Assembly: GCA_963753345.1 (NCBI GenBank)
Contig: CAVWBU010000052.1
Location: forward strand, 1-63,222
Reading direction: 5' to 3'
DNA length: 63,222 nt
DNA from: an uncultured Fibrobacterota bacterium
GTDB lineage: Bacteria; Fibrobacterota; Chitinivibrionia; Chitinivibrionales; FEN-1185
Shown here: positions 51,668-61,457 of the stretch, piece by piece
Position numbering within the stretch: position 1 is the first letter of the stretch
Layout: the number at the start of each line of letters is the position of its first letter
Translations under genes and position numbers: made by a program
Notes under the pieces: generated by a model
Seen by the model: the letters and a program-made list of their open reading frames with translations, nothing else
The model's database searches: none
What the model was told of the DNA's origin: nothing

Positions 51668-53206
51668 CTAAATATCCTCCATCATCATCTCATCCCGATC
51701 TTCCTTCCACGCCGCCAGTTGTTTGGTGCGGCTGGGATGCTTGAGCTTGGCGAGGGCCTTGGTTTCGATCTGGCGCACGCGCTCGCGGGAAATGTTGAAC
51801 GCTTCGCCGATCTCCTTGAGGGTCTTGATGCGGCCGTCGTCGAGGCCGAACCGCATGGTGACGATCTCGCGCTCCTTGTCGGCAAGGGAATCGAGCACGG
51901 TCTTGATGTGCTCGCGGAGCTTGATAAGCGACATCCGCTGGGCCGGGTCGCCGGCCTTCGGGTCCTCGATGTATTCGCCGAAGGTGGTGGTGCCGTCGGT
52001 GCCGATCTCCATGTCGAGCGAAATCGGGTCCAGCGAATATTCGAGCGCCATCTGCACCTTGTTGACTGAATAGCCGAGCGCCCGCGCGATTTCCTCGTGC
52101 GTGGGCTCGGTGCCCATCTCGGTGACCCGCTTGCGGCAATAGCGGATGGTCTTGTTGACAAGGTCGAGTGTGTTGGCGGGGATGCGGATGGTCTTTGACT
52201 TGTCGTTGATGGCGCGCGATATTGCCTGCTTGATCCACCAGGTCGCGTAGGTGGAAAACTTGTAGCCCTTTCGGTAATCGAAGTTCTCCACCGCCTTGAT
52301 GAGGCCGCGGTTGCCTTCCTGGATCAGGTCGATGATCTCCATGCCGCGCAGGGTGTATTTCTTGGCGATGCTCACCACGAGCCGCACGTTCGCTTCGATG
52401 ATGGCGCACTTGGCCTGGTTGCGCTCGTCCTCCCACTTCTGGAATTCCGCGAGGAGCGCACCCTCGTTTTTCTTCTTGAGCTGTTCTTTGAAGTTGTCAA
52501 GGATATGTTGGACCTGTTTCGCGTTGAGATTGAGCTTCCTGCACAGGTCGGTGCTTTCCCTGCGGAGCGTGTCGATCTTCTCCTGAACGTCGTACCTGCG
52601 CTTTGCGGCGCCGGTTGCGCGTGATTGCACGGCGAGATCGGACAGCAGCTTGTTCTTGTGCCGGATGTGCGCCACGGTGCGGATAAACGCGGAGCGCAGC
52701 TTTTCGCATTCATCCGTTTTGTCAATTTGATCCTCTTCGATCTGCAGGACGTCGGCGCATTCGAGCACGTTCCGCTTGAACTCCGCCGCGATGCGGTACA
52801 GGCTGTCGAGCGCCGCCGGAGAGCGGAACGCCATGTCGTACAGTTTCTCCTGCGCCGACTCCATCCGCATGGCGAACTCGGCCTCCTGGTCGCGCGACAG
52901 CAGGGGCACGCGTCCCACGCTGTTGAGGTACACCCACGTCGGGTCTGCGTAGCGGGGGATGCGCCGCACCGAGATCATGCGCCGCGGGCGGCGTTCGAGG
53001 GGCGCCTCCTTTTTCTCGGACACCAGGGCGTTGATGCTGATGCTTTCCCGCTCGAGGATGGTCTCTATCTTGTCGCGCTCCTCGAGCGTGGGCGCGAGTT
53101 CCTCGATCTGGTCGGGAGTGACGAAGCCCTGGAGCTGGGCGAGCTTGCGCAGCCGTGCGGCTATCTTGTCAATCGGCAGGGACGATGGGGGTTCGTTGGA
53201 GGCCAT
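51668..53206 (-). CDS. rpoD: primary-type RNA polymerase sigma-70 factor
   Basis: [42 protein letters not shown]; downstream of dnaG. Confidence 0.92.
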   Translation of the reverse strand: MASNEPPSSLPIDKIAARLRKLAQLQGFVTPDQIEELAPTLEERDKIETILERESISINALVSEKKEAPLERRPRRMISVRRIPRYADPTWVYLNSVGRVPLLSRDQEAEFAMRMESAQEKLYDMAFRSPAALDSLYRIAAEFKRNVLECADVLQIEEDQIDKTDECEKLRSAFIRTVAHIRHKNKLLSDLAVQSRATGAAKRRYDVQEKIDTLRRESTDLCRKLNLNAKQVQHILDNFKEQLKKKNEGALLAEFQKWEDERNQAKCAIIEANVRLVVSIAKKYTLRGMEIIDLIQEGNRGLIKAVENFDYRKGYKFSTYATWWIKQAISRAINDKSKTIRIPANTLDLVNKTIRYCRKRVTEMGTEPTHEEIARALGYSVNKVQMALEYSLDPISLDMEIGTDGTTTFGEYIEDPKAGDPAQRMSLIKLREHIKTVLDSLADKEREIVTMRFGLDDGRIKTLKEIGEAFNISRERVRQIETKALAKLKHPSRTKQLAAWKEDRDEMMMEDI

Positions 53207-55005
53207 TATTGTCCGGAAAGCGCTTTCAGTTGAAGGGAGTATTCTTTTACCTGTTCCAGGAGCGCCGCTCCGGTGCCGGGTTCCTTTTTCATTCGCTCGG
53301 TGCAGTCGCGGATCTTCTGTTGCAGGAACTTTTCCTGCAGGCGCTTCATGGTGTGCACAAGTTCTTCGTTCGCGTCGGCCGCGGGAGCTTCATTTGCAAA
53401 CGCGAAACTAACGATCCGTTTCTCGTCGTCGGACACCTTCGAAAGCAGGGTGTCGAGGTTCCGGCGCTCGTCGTAACTCGCCAGGATGGATAAATATAAT
53501 TTACCGGAGAATTGGTCCGTAAACGTTTCCGGCGGCACAAACTGCCGCGCTTCGGGGATAAGGGCCGGATTGCACAGCAGGAGCCGGACAAAATTCCCTT
53601 CGATGGTGCCGAAATATTCCGCCGCCTGGTCGGGCTGGCCGCGCGAATCCCCGTAAGGGCGCTGGCCCGGCCCCTTGCGGATTTGGCGGTACACCACGTC
53701 TTCGGCAAGCGAGAGTCGCTCGCCGATCTGCTTGACAAACTCACGCTGCACCACCGGATCGGACAGCGACTGTGCGAGCGGGGCAAGCGCCGAAAGCGCG
53801 GCCGATTTTCCATAGGGCGTGGTTGCCCCGCTGTCGGCCGCGGTCTTATCGATGATGAACTTCATGTAGTCCACAGAAGATTTGTCAAGCAGCTCCGCAA
53901 ACGCTGTTGCACCCTTTGCCTTCACGAAATCGTCGGGGTCCTCGTCGTTGGGAATGGTGAGCACCCGGATGTCGAAATTGTAGGGCGCAAGCACGAAGAT
54001 CGCTCTGCGGGCCGCCTCGATGCCGGCAGCGTCGCCGTCGAACACGAGAAAAATCGTATCGGTAAAGCGCCGGAGCGTGCGGGCGTGCGTGTCGGTGAAC
54101 GCGGTGCCGGAGGCGGCGATCACGTTCTTTATGCCGGCCTGGTACAGGGCGAGGAAATCCATGTACCCTTCCACGATGATCACGCTTTTCTTTTCGCGAA
54201 CGTGCCGGTGTGTTTCATGAAATCCGTACAGAATGCCGCTTTTGCGGTACAGCGGGGTTTCCGGCGAATTGAGGTACTTGGGCACGGCGGCGGCGGTGAG
54301 GCCCCGGCCGGCAAATCCCACGGGCCGCTTTGAACTGTCGAAAATGGGGAAGATGATGCGGTCGCGGAACCGGTCGTACATGCCGCCGGTGTCGGGCTTC
54401 ACAATTGCGAGTCCGGCACGGGCCACGAGCGTGTCGGCCGCGCCATGCTGCTTGGCGAAATCCAGAAACGCGGTCCACCCGGGCGGCGCGTACCCGAGCC
54501 GGAACTCCCGGATGGTCTCTTTTGACAATCCGCGCGAGACAAAGTAGTCTATGGCCAATGGAAAGTTCCGGGTCTGGCGGTAGTAGAAATCGAGCGCGAG
54601 ACGGTTGACGGTGAACAGCTCGTCCTTGGAGGGAAATCCTTGGGCCGGTTCCTCGCCGGGAGAAGGGGCGTACTCAGGCCCGTGTTTCGGGGGCGCAAGT
54701 TTTATGCCCGCTTCGTCGGCGAGGAGCCTGAGCGCCTCGGGAAAGGTGAGGCCCTCCAGCTCCATGAGGAAATTGAACACGTCGCCGCCCTTGTGGCAGC
54801 CGAAGCAGTAGTAGATTCCCTTGGCCGGCGACACCGTGAACGACGGCGTTTTCTCCTTGTGGAAAGGGCACAGCCCCTTGAGGTTCTGGCCCGTGGCCTT
54901 GAGCGCCACATGCCTGCCCACCACATCGGCGATATTGATTGCCGAGCGTATCTCCTCCTTTACGCTGTCGTCGAATTGTTTTTGAAGATTGGGTCCAGGG
55001 GACAT
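53206..55005 (-). CDS. dnaG: DNA primase
   Basis: [39 protein letters not shown]. Confidence 0.96.
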   Translation of the reverse strand: MSPGPNLQKQFDDSVKEEIRSAINIADVVGRHVALKATGQNLKGLCPFHKEKTPSFTVSPAKGIYYCFGCHKGGDVFNFLMELEGLTFPEALRLLADEAGIKLAPPKHGPEYAPSPGEEPAQGFPSKDELFTVNRLALDFYYRQTRNFPLAIDYFVSRGLSKETIREFRLGYAPPGWTAFLDFAKQHGAADTLVARAGLAIVKPDTGGMYDRFRDRIIFPIFDSSKRPVGFAGRGLTAAAVPKYLNSPETPLYRKSGILYGFHETHRHVREKKSVIIVEGYMDFLALYQAGIKNVIAASGTAFTDTHARTLRRFTDTIFLVFDGDAAGIEAARRAIFVLAPYNFDIRVLTIPNDEDPDDFVKAKGATAFAELLDKSSVDYMKFIIDKTAADSGATTPYGKSAALSALAPLAQSLSDPVVQREFVKQIGERLSLAEDVVYRQIRKGPGQRPYGDSRGQPDQAAEYFGTIEGNFVRLLLCNPALIPEARQFVPPETFTDQFSGKLYLSILASYDERRNLDTLLSKVSDDEKRIVSFAFANEAPAADANEELVHTMKRLQEKFLQQKIRDCTERMKKEPGTGAALLEQVKEYSLQLKALSGQ

Positions 55006-55090
55006 GATTAAGTTAAAAAATAGGTTTGAGCGGGGAATGGGGAAGAGGAAAAGTTAGAGCCTTACATGGTGTTGCAGAAATAGAAATGAT

Positions 55091-55234
55091 TGGGCGCCCC
55101 GCCGCTGTGCGGCGGCGGCCCTCCCTCCAGTCTCGGCGTTCGGCCTCGGGCCGCCACGGCCCTATGCCGCGGGAGCGGCGGGTCCGGGCGGCACCGCGCT
55201 TTGGCGCGGCCTCCGGTCCGGCCTGGCGCTGCGC
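55091..55234 (-). repeat. module B' copy
   Basis: minus strand reads GCGCCAGGCCGGACCGGAGG...CGGCGGGGCGCCCA; GATTGCG-type array at 55376-55408. Confidence 0.85.
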
Positions 55235-55278
55235 AGAAGACAGTTGCCAGGAACTTGCATTGCGTTCGCATCTGTCAC

Positions 55279-55313
55279 GCCCCTCTCCAATCGGAGAGGG
55301 GACGGGGGTGAGG
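55279..55313. repeat. REP-like hairpin
   Basis: CCCCTCTCC-AATC-GGAGAGGGG followed by ACGGGGGTGAGG. Confidence 0.6.
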
Positions 55314-55388
55314 TCAGAAATCCATAAAAAAATATCGCTTATCAGATATCCGATTCCCAGAAAGAAAGCCTTTGTCAATCCGCAATCG

Positions 55389-55715
55389 TCAATCATCAAT
55401 CCGCAATTGTAAAGCGCGCCCTGCAGGATTCGAACCCGCAACCCTCCGGTCCGAAGGGTCCTGAGAGCATCGAAAAAACCGTAAAGTTTTGGCCTCCTTG
55501 AAAGCCTCACGGGCTTCGGTTTCGTCCGTGTAAGACAGAATATCTTCTTCGTCGTCCGTCCGTTTAACGAGGAGCCACAAGCCGCCGTGCTCAATCAATT
55601 GGACATCGCGCCCCTCCTCAGAGGCTTCATTGAAATCCCCGTATGAGTTGATTGTTTCACCTTCGTCATAGGCGATGGCTACTAAAGCGTCGAACTTTTC
55701 GGTTTTTGAGGACAT
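55389..55715 (-). CDS. small acidic hypothetical protein reading through the att site
   Basis: GGAGG RBS, Asp/Glu-rich; last ~25 codons come from the tRNA fragment and repeat. Confidence 0.5.
   Translation of the reverse strand: MSSKTEKFDALVAIAYDEGETINSYGDFNEASEEGRDVQLIEHGGLWLLVKRTDDEEDILSYTDETEAREAFKEAKTLRFFRCSQDPSDRRVAGSNPAGRALQLRIDD
55414..55456 (-). mobile_element. 3' half of tRNA-Arg(TCG): att site at an island border
   Basis: minus strand CTTCGGA-CCGGAGGGTT-GCGGGTTCGAATCCTGC-AGGGCGCGC; anticodon loop, T arm and 3' acceptor strand present; 5' half absent. Confidence 0.8.
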
Positions 55716-55898
55716 AACGGACCTCCATCTAGGTTAAGTTGGTTTGGGAACGGCATAGGAAGCCGCGAATTATTGGAGAGAAAAATATTCGTGGTTATTT
55801 TTTTTAAAAAGAGCTGTACGAACATGAGAACAAAAAGCCCAAGCACAAGGACTCGCCGGGCTCAATATGTTTTAATCGGCGGAAACTGGCGGAATCTG

Positions 55899-56879
55899 CT
55901 ATTTAAGAAGACTGGCGATCCTGTCCTTTTGCGTACTCTTGTACATATACTTTCCTCTTTTTGCTTTGGTAATAAATCCGTTCCGTTGATTTTCTTCACT
56001 CTTGATAAACTGTCTCAATGTTGTCTCTGCAACCGAAAATTTTTCCATAAGCTCATTAATTGAAAAACTCATTGAATAGTTCTTGTTGATACCCTTGTTT
56101 GATTCTTGAAAAGCGGACTTAAAACCCCCACTTCTTAGGCATTCCAAAGCGTTTACAAAAGCATTATTCTCAGATGCAAGATTGCAAGATAGTATTTGTG
56201 AAAAAGGATTTGGAAAAGCCAAGCTTCCGATTACATTTGTATCAATGTTTTCTCTGCCGCCAAACAATTCGATCACATCATCTTTGGACCTTTTACCAGC
56301 GCCGCTTTCATATAATACTCTTATTGAGGTATTGCCAAACTGTTGAAAATAGTTTTTTGGTAGGATGATAGCCCCTGCCGTGCGCCTTACCGGAATAGAA
56401 TCAATTTGCAATTCAATTGAATCATCATCTACGATAGGCAAGGCCTTTGCCGAATCAGGATCAAACGGGTTTTCATCAGGGAATATGAGAGAAAGGGGGT
56501 TTGACATCTGAGCACATTTGGCTGAAAGCTGGATGCGACCATGGGGATTAACGAGCAAAACGGAATCCTGAAAAATGCCGTCAAATAGAAGGAAATCCTT
56601 AAATTGGAAAGTGCCTATAGCATCACATAACAATTGCAGCCCTTTGATGATTTCTCTTAGTTCCTTTTTTAGGACGCCTCGTGCGTAGCGGGACAAGCCA
56701 ACGAAATAATTCCTATGAAAGGCAATATATTTGTCCTTACGAAGCGCCAAATTCCCTTGAGTGAAAAATAAAGAAATAGCGGGATTGTAGAATCTGCTTG
56801 CGGAGAAATACGATTTGACGTCTCGTTCACAGAGACGTTGCTGAGTTTGTTCGGTTATTTCTAGAACAAAAGGTTCCAT
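55899..56879 (-). CDS. hypothetical protein, possible C-terminal HTH
   Basis: 326-aa AT-rich ORF; SINELMEKFSVAETTLRQFI. Confidence 0.65.
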   Translation of the reverse strand: MEPFVLEITEQTQQRLCERDVKSYFSASRFYNPAISLFFTQGNLALRKDKYIAFHRNYFVGLSRYARGVLKKELREIIKGLQLLCDAIGTFQFKDFLLFDGIFQDSVLLVNPHGRIQLSAKCAQMSNPLSLIFPDENPFDPDSAKALPIVDDDSIELQIDSIPVRRTAGAIILPKNYFQQFGNTSIRVLYESGAGKRSKDDVIELFGGRENIDTNVIGSLAFPNPFSQILSCNLASENNAFVNALECLRSGGFKSAFQESNKGINKNYSMSFSINELMEKFSVAETTLRQFIKSEENQRNGFITKAKRGKYMYKSTQKDRIASLLK

Positions 56880-56924
56880 ATTTTAAGGGTCAGTGAAGAT
56901 ATGGTATTTACTCATTTGTTTGAG

Positions 56925-57063
56925 CCATAACGCCGCGCTAATATGCCTGACTACGACCGCATTTTCACCTTTGCAAACCACCAATCTTTCGATAGTAGGC
57001 GATAGCTCGCGCGCAAAAGGTGATCGCAGCGGCGGACAGTCATGATTTAACGCGTTGTTATGC
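56925..57063 (-). mobile_element. integron attC site
   Basis: directly after the TAG of 57064-57627: GCATAAC..CGCGTTAA...long imperfect palindrome...TTAGCGCG..GTTATGG; 139 bp. Confidence 0.75.
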
Positions 57064-57627
57064 CTATTGTTCTTTAATTTCCTTTATTAGGTCTTTAGTT
57101 ACTTCTAAGACTTCCTGCATTTTGTTATTTGTTCTTGAATTATCCTCTTCGTATACTCTGGCAATTATTTCGCCATCTTCTGTGTTTAAGATTTTTAATG
57201 ATTCTTCCAAATGCGACATTTTTTTTCGGGCCAATTCAGGCAATGAAAGCCTTTCTTTGATTTCACTTGAGACATCACCATTTGCGCTCATTGTGGAAAT
57301 ATCTATTATCAAAGGAGCAATAACATATTTGACTTTGTATTTAGTTGTAAATTCATTCAATTTTACCGTGTCGGTATATGAGGGAACATCGCCAGCGAAG
57401 AAGGCTAAAACAGTATCAAAAGGAATGATGTTTATCTTAAATTGGTTTTTAAATATACCGTAAAGCTTTTTATTTATTTCATGGCAATTTTCTAGGCTCT
57501 CGCAATTTATTGGCCAGGCAACAATATTTCCAGATAGTACTTTTCGCAATTTAATTACGTTCGAGACATCCGAAGAATAGCTCGTGCAACAAATGGTTAA
57601 AAATATTAAAATCAATTTTGATTTCAC
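57064..57627 (-). CDS. secreted hypothetical protein (gene cassette)
   Basis: signal-peptide-like N-terminus, very AT-rich, bounded by GTTATGC upstream and attC downstream. Confidence 0.7.
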   Translation of the reverse strand: MKSKLILIFLTICCTSYSSDVSNVIKLRKVLSGNIVAWPINCESLENCHEINKKLYGIFKNQFKINIIPFDTVLAFFAGDVPSYTDTVKLNEFTTKYKVKYVIAPLIIDISTMSANGDVSSEIKERLSLPELARKKMSHLEESLKILNTEDGEIIARVYEEDNSRTNNKMQEVLEVTKDLIKEIKEQ

Positions 57628-57723
57628 ATTAATATCCTTTCCAACGAGTCCAACGATCTAATCTTAAGATATCTCCAACTTATGTCTTTATCTTTTTCCG
57701 ATTAGTTGTCTTTAAATTTCTGG

Positions 57724-57755
57724 GCATAACAGGTATTAGTTATCAAACGAACTAA
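57724..57755 (-). mobile_element. putative attI site
   Basis: minus strand GTTCGTTTGATAACTAATACCT-GTTATGC; GTTRRRY-like core complementary to the attC R'' box GCATAAC. Confidence 0.5.
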
Positions 57756-57835
57756 AGGAAATAGTTTGTTGAAGAGAAATATTGAATATTATATTAACCA
57801 AAAATAATCAATATGTCGTCTAGGGGAGGCTGGTC

Positions 57836-57946
57836 GTGAACACTGGTAAATCAATTGCCTTTTGAGCGGAGTATAATAGCACCATAAAGAAACTAGGTAT
57901 TCCAGACGAAAATGGCAAGTATTATGCAAATTGGGTCAAGCGGTTC
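57836..57946 (+). pseudogene. possible 5' remnant of an integron integrase
   Basis: GGGGAGG RBS; VNTGKSIAF*AEYNSTIKKLGIPDENGKYYANWVKRF resembles IntI N-terminal SAM-like helices; divergent from attI; ends at an abrupt GC shift. Confidence 0.4.
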
Positions 57947-58099
57947 GATCGCTCCCGCGCCCACCGCACCTCCGCCTGAACCGGCAGGGTCATTTCTTGA
58001 CTGCGATTGTTTTTCTGTCACCTGCGCCTGAAAAACCCTCACCACTCGCTCCGATTTAGCCTCGCTTGACCCCATGCCCCGGAAACCCCGTTGCCAAAG

Positions 58100-58128
58100 T
58101 TGACACAGGGCCGCCTAATCCTTATATT
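58100..58128 (+). promoter_or_regulatory. sigma70-type promoter of the GH2 gene
   Basis: TTGACA-N17-TATATT. Confidence 0.55.
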
Positions 58129-58187
58129 CTTAAGAGGAGAAGGGCGCGTGAACCTCTATCCAATCAACCGAACAAGGGGGGGATTTT

Positions 58188-61019
58188 ATGCAACGGAACA
58201 TGGTGCTGGCGGCTGCGCTCATTGCGGCCGCAGGAGCTGCAATCTGTCTGGCGGACACCTATAGCCCTGAGGCGAGCGACAGGGTGGACATAAACATGGG
58301 CGTTACGCCATGGTTGTTCACAAAAGGTGATCCGATAGGGGCGACCGCGGTGGCGTTTAGCGACGCAGGGTGGAAGACAGTCGGGGTGCCGCACACCGTC
58401 AACGCCGATGACACCTACATCAACAACATCAGCGGCGACGGGGCTACCTATGGCGGCATGATGTGCTACCGGAAGCACTTCACGCTTTCCGCGTCGTATG
58501 CCGGCCGCAAAGTTTTCATTGAATTCGGAGGGGCCAACGTCGCCGCCGCGGTATATATCAACGGGACCTTTATTAAAGGCAACAGCACGCTGGATACTCA
58601 AGCCACGTATGCGTACGGTTTCGAACCGTTCATCGTCGATGCGACGCCCTATGTGCATTTCGACGGGACCGACAATGTTCTCGCCGTCCGCGTCAGCAAT
58701 GCCGGCGTGATCTATACCGATCCGGGGTTTGGGGGCGAACCGCGGTTCGGGCAGCACGACGGCGGCCTCTTTCGCCCGGTGTGGATGCGTATTACCAACA
58801 AAGTATACGTCCCGGCAAACATCTATTCCGTGGTGAGCAACTGGGGGACCTGCGTCGGAACGGTTCTCGCAAGCGATGCCACCGCGACCGTGCGCATGAT
58901 GACTAACGTCATGAACGAGAGCGGCGCGACGCAGAGCGTCACGGTGACGACCAAGGTGGTCGACGACCAGAACAACGTGGTCTTGACCGAGCAAAGCGTG
59001 CAATCGGTCGGCAACGGCACAAGCGTCGTTTTCGACCAGAGCGGCGACATCGCCAACCCGAAGCTGTGGTACCCGGCCAACAGCCCCTGGGGGAAACCGA
59101 ACATGCATAAGGTTTATCATATTGTCAAGGTCGGCGGGACCACGGTCGATGTTTTCGAAAGCCCGCTCGGGATCAGGAAAATCACGTGGGACACCGACTA
59201 TCCCTATATCAACGGCCATAAGCACTACATGTGGGGCATGGCGGGCCGTTATAATTATCCGGCGCTCGGCTCGGCAGTGCCCGACGAGCTTTTGTGGAAA
59301 GACGTGAAGCTGACCGCCGATTGCGGCGGTACGAGCTGGCGGCCCGGCCACTCCGCCTGCGCGCATGAGTTCGTGGAGGCGTGCGACGCGTTCGGCGTCA
59401 TGGTCGATCAGCCGAGCGGCGACGGCGAGGGCGCGTTCCAGGCCAACAACCTCAGGCCGATTACAATTCAATTCAAGACCCAATTGCATCGCGACATGAT
59501 AGTCCATGACCGCAACCACCCCAGCATTCTCATGTGGGAAGTCACCAACGCCGGCATTATCGACAGCCTCGCGCGGTCGCTCAAGGCGCTTGCGCTGCAA
59601 TGGGATCCTATCGAACAACGGGCCCAGTCGGACCGGTCGTATGGTGACGGCTGCAAAGCCGGAATCTCCGATGTCATAGAGTGTTCTTCGTCGGGGTGCG
59701 AAGCCGGACAAAAAAATGGGGGGGTGGGAACTTGCGGCAAATTTCCGGCGTATGGCGCGGAAGCGTGGGATGCCGGGCCGGCCCGAATGTCGCGCTTCGC
59801 CTATGACCATGAGCTTGAGTTTTCGGGTCCTTACATGCAGAACTGGAAAGCCTCCTGGAAAGCGGACGCGTTCGGCCTCGCGCATTGGTATCTTGCCGAG
59901 CCGCCGGGTGAGGTCGGGACATTTCTAGGCGATGCCCGCACCGCGCGATCGTTCGGTTCATCGGTCATGGATGCGAATCGTATTCCGAAATTGTTGTACA
60001 ACATCTACCGCGTCTCCTGGATTCCTTATTCGATCAAGCCCGGTATTGCAATCGCGCACCATTGGAACAGAACGGGAACCGTGCGTGTCAACGTGTTCAG
60101 CAACTGTCCGAAAGTCCGGTTATCGCTGAATGGGACCAGCCTCGGTGAAAAAGTTCCCAACACGGCTGATGGCGGAGGCGATGCGAGCTGGAGAGACCAG
60201 GCCACGACGCTCATCTCCTATCAATGCTATTGGGACGTGGCCTGGGCTGCGGGTACGCTCAAGGCCGACGGGCTCGATTCCAGCGGCAACGTCGTCTGCT
60301 CCGATCAAAAAGTGACGGCCGGCGACCCCGACCATGTTACATTGACCGTGGATCCGAACCTGCAAAAGCCCGACGGGACCTTCTTCCAGATCACCGCGAA
60401 TGGAACGGATGTCGCGACTATCCTCGCCACCGTTGTTGACAAAAACAACAACTGGTGTCCTACCGCGACCAATGCAATCACCTTTGCCGTTAATGGACCG
60501 TGCGAATACCGCGGCGGCACCGACGCCTTCGTCACCGCCGGACAACCGGTCGGGTACCATGCGCCCCTTGACCCGGAGCTTAGTGCCGAAGGTGGAATGT
60601 GTAAAGTTGCCGTGCGGTCGACCTTCACCCCCGGGGCGGTGACCGTCACTGCCACTTCACCGGGGCTCGGCCAGGGCACGGCCACGTACACTGTGTATCC
60701 GCTCGGCCAGGTCTCAACGATTTTCCGTCCGGGCAGCGCCGGGGGAAAATCGGGAAGCGCTCTGCGCAGCCTCGAAATACGGGGTAAGGTTGTGCGCTAC
60801 TACCTCGAAACCCCCTCGGTTGTCGGCTTCGAAATGCTTGATCCGAGCGGGCGCGTCATCGGACGGATCGCCGCAGCCAGGCAGGGCGCAGGGTACCATT
60901 CGGTACCTCTGCTGAATGGTTCGATTTCTGGAAAAAAAAGCGGAAACGGAGTCTATTTCCTCCGGAGCGCGGTGGATGGCAAATACGTGAATGTCAAACG
61001 GATGATAGTGCTTAAATAG
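58188..61019 (+). CDS. secreted glycoside hydrolase family 2-like protein
   Basis: signal peptide, YRKHF, GGLFRPV, DRNHPSILMWE, VFSNCPKVRLSLNG, C-terminal Ig and sorting domains. Confidence 0.85.
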   Translation: MQRNMVLAAALIAAAGAAICLADTYSPEASDRVDINMGVTPWLFTKGDPIGATAVAFSDAGWKTVGVPHTVNADDTYINNISGDGATYGGMMCYRKHFTLSASYAGRKVFIEFGGANVAAAVYINGTFIKGNSTLDTQATYAYGFEPFIVDATPYVHFDGTDNVLAVRVSNAGVIYTDPGFGGEPRFGQHDGGLFRPVWMRITNKVYVPANIYSVVSNWGTCVGTVLASDATATVRMMTNVMNESGATQSVTVTTKVVDDQNNVVLTEQSVQSVGNGTSVVFDQSGDIANPKLWYPANSPWGKPNMHKVYHIVKVGGTTVDVFESPLGIRKITWDTDYPYINGHKHYMWGMAGRYNYPALGSAVPDELLWKDVKLTADCGGTSWRPGHSACAHEFVEACDAFGVMVDQPSGDGEGAFQANNLRPITIQFKTQLHRDMIVHDRNHPSILMWEVTNAGIIDSLARSLKALALQWDPIEQRAQSDRSYGDGCKAGISDVIECSSSGCEAGQKNGGVGTCGKFPAYGAEAWDAGPARMSRFAYDHELEFSGPYMQNWKASWKADAFGLAHWYLAEPPGEVGTFLGDARTARSFGSSVMDANRIPKLLYNIYRVSWIPYSIKPGIAIAHHWNRTGTVRVNVFSNCPKVRLSLNGTSLGEKVPNTADGGGDASWRDQATTLISYQCYWDVAWAAGTLKADGLDSSGNVVCSDQKVTAGDPDHVTLTVDPNLQKPDGTFFQITANGTDVATILATVVDKNNNWCPTATNAITFAVNGPCEYRGGTDAFVTAGQPVGYHAPLDPELSAEGGMCKVAVRSTFTPGAVTVTATSPGLGQGTATYTVYPLGQVSTIFRPGSAGGKSGSALRSLEIRGKVVRYYLETPSVVGFEMLDPSGRVIGRIAAARQGAGYHSVPLLNGSISGKKSGNGVYFLRSAVDGKYVNVKRMIVLK

Positions 61020-61044
61020 CGCTGTCGGGGCGTATGCGAATTTA

Positions 61045-61224
61045 TTAGCAGGCGTCTTTACGGAATTCAACGGTAAGTATTAGAACTATCTTTGCTTGGT
61101 CATCAATGGAATAGAAAAGGCGATATTTACCGATACGATAGCGCCATGTTTCCGGCCTATAGCCAACAAGCTTTCTTATGTTCTTACCAAAATGGGGTTC
61201 AGTTCCGAGTTGAGGATAAACGTA
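61045..61224 (-). pseudogene. RelE/ParE toxin 3' fragment
   Basis: manual translation YVYPQLGTEPHFGKNIRKLVGYRPETWRYRIGKYRLFYSIDDQAKIVLILTVEFRKDAC*; N-terminal part missing. Confidence 0.7.
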
Positions 61225-61457
61225 AGTTGCAAATCGAATGCAATTTCCATTGGGTGTCCGCCTTTACCCTGGTGCGCACGGCCCGGCAATGCCGGTCATG
61301 ATGGTGCCGCCGTCCCAGTCGTGGTTTATCCTGGCTGCGGTCCCGGCGCCATCGGTTATGATTGCACTCCCTTTCTTCTTGGAAACAAAAAGGAGACACG
61401 GGATTTTTCCTCACCGTGTCTCCAGCTTTTAACCAACAGCAATTACCGTCGGACAGT

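Noticed and set aside
5180-55234. Composite repeats as CRISPR arrays
   Set aside because: Dispersed single copies, no repeat-spacer periodicity, no cas genes in the window
55414-55490. Complete tRNA-Arg gene
   Set aside because: No 5' anticodon-stem strand, D arm or 5' acceptor strand
57863-57865. TGA recoding as Trp or Sec (also 1987-1989)
   Set aside because: TGA ends intact genes here (rubredoxin, zwf, cooC2) and both ORFs are otherwise truncated
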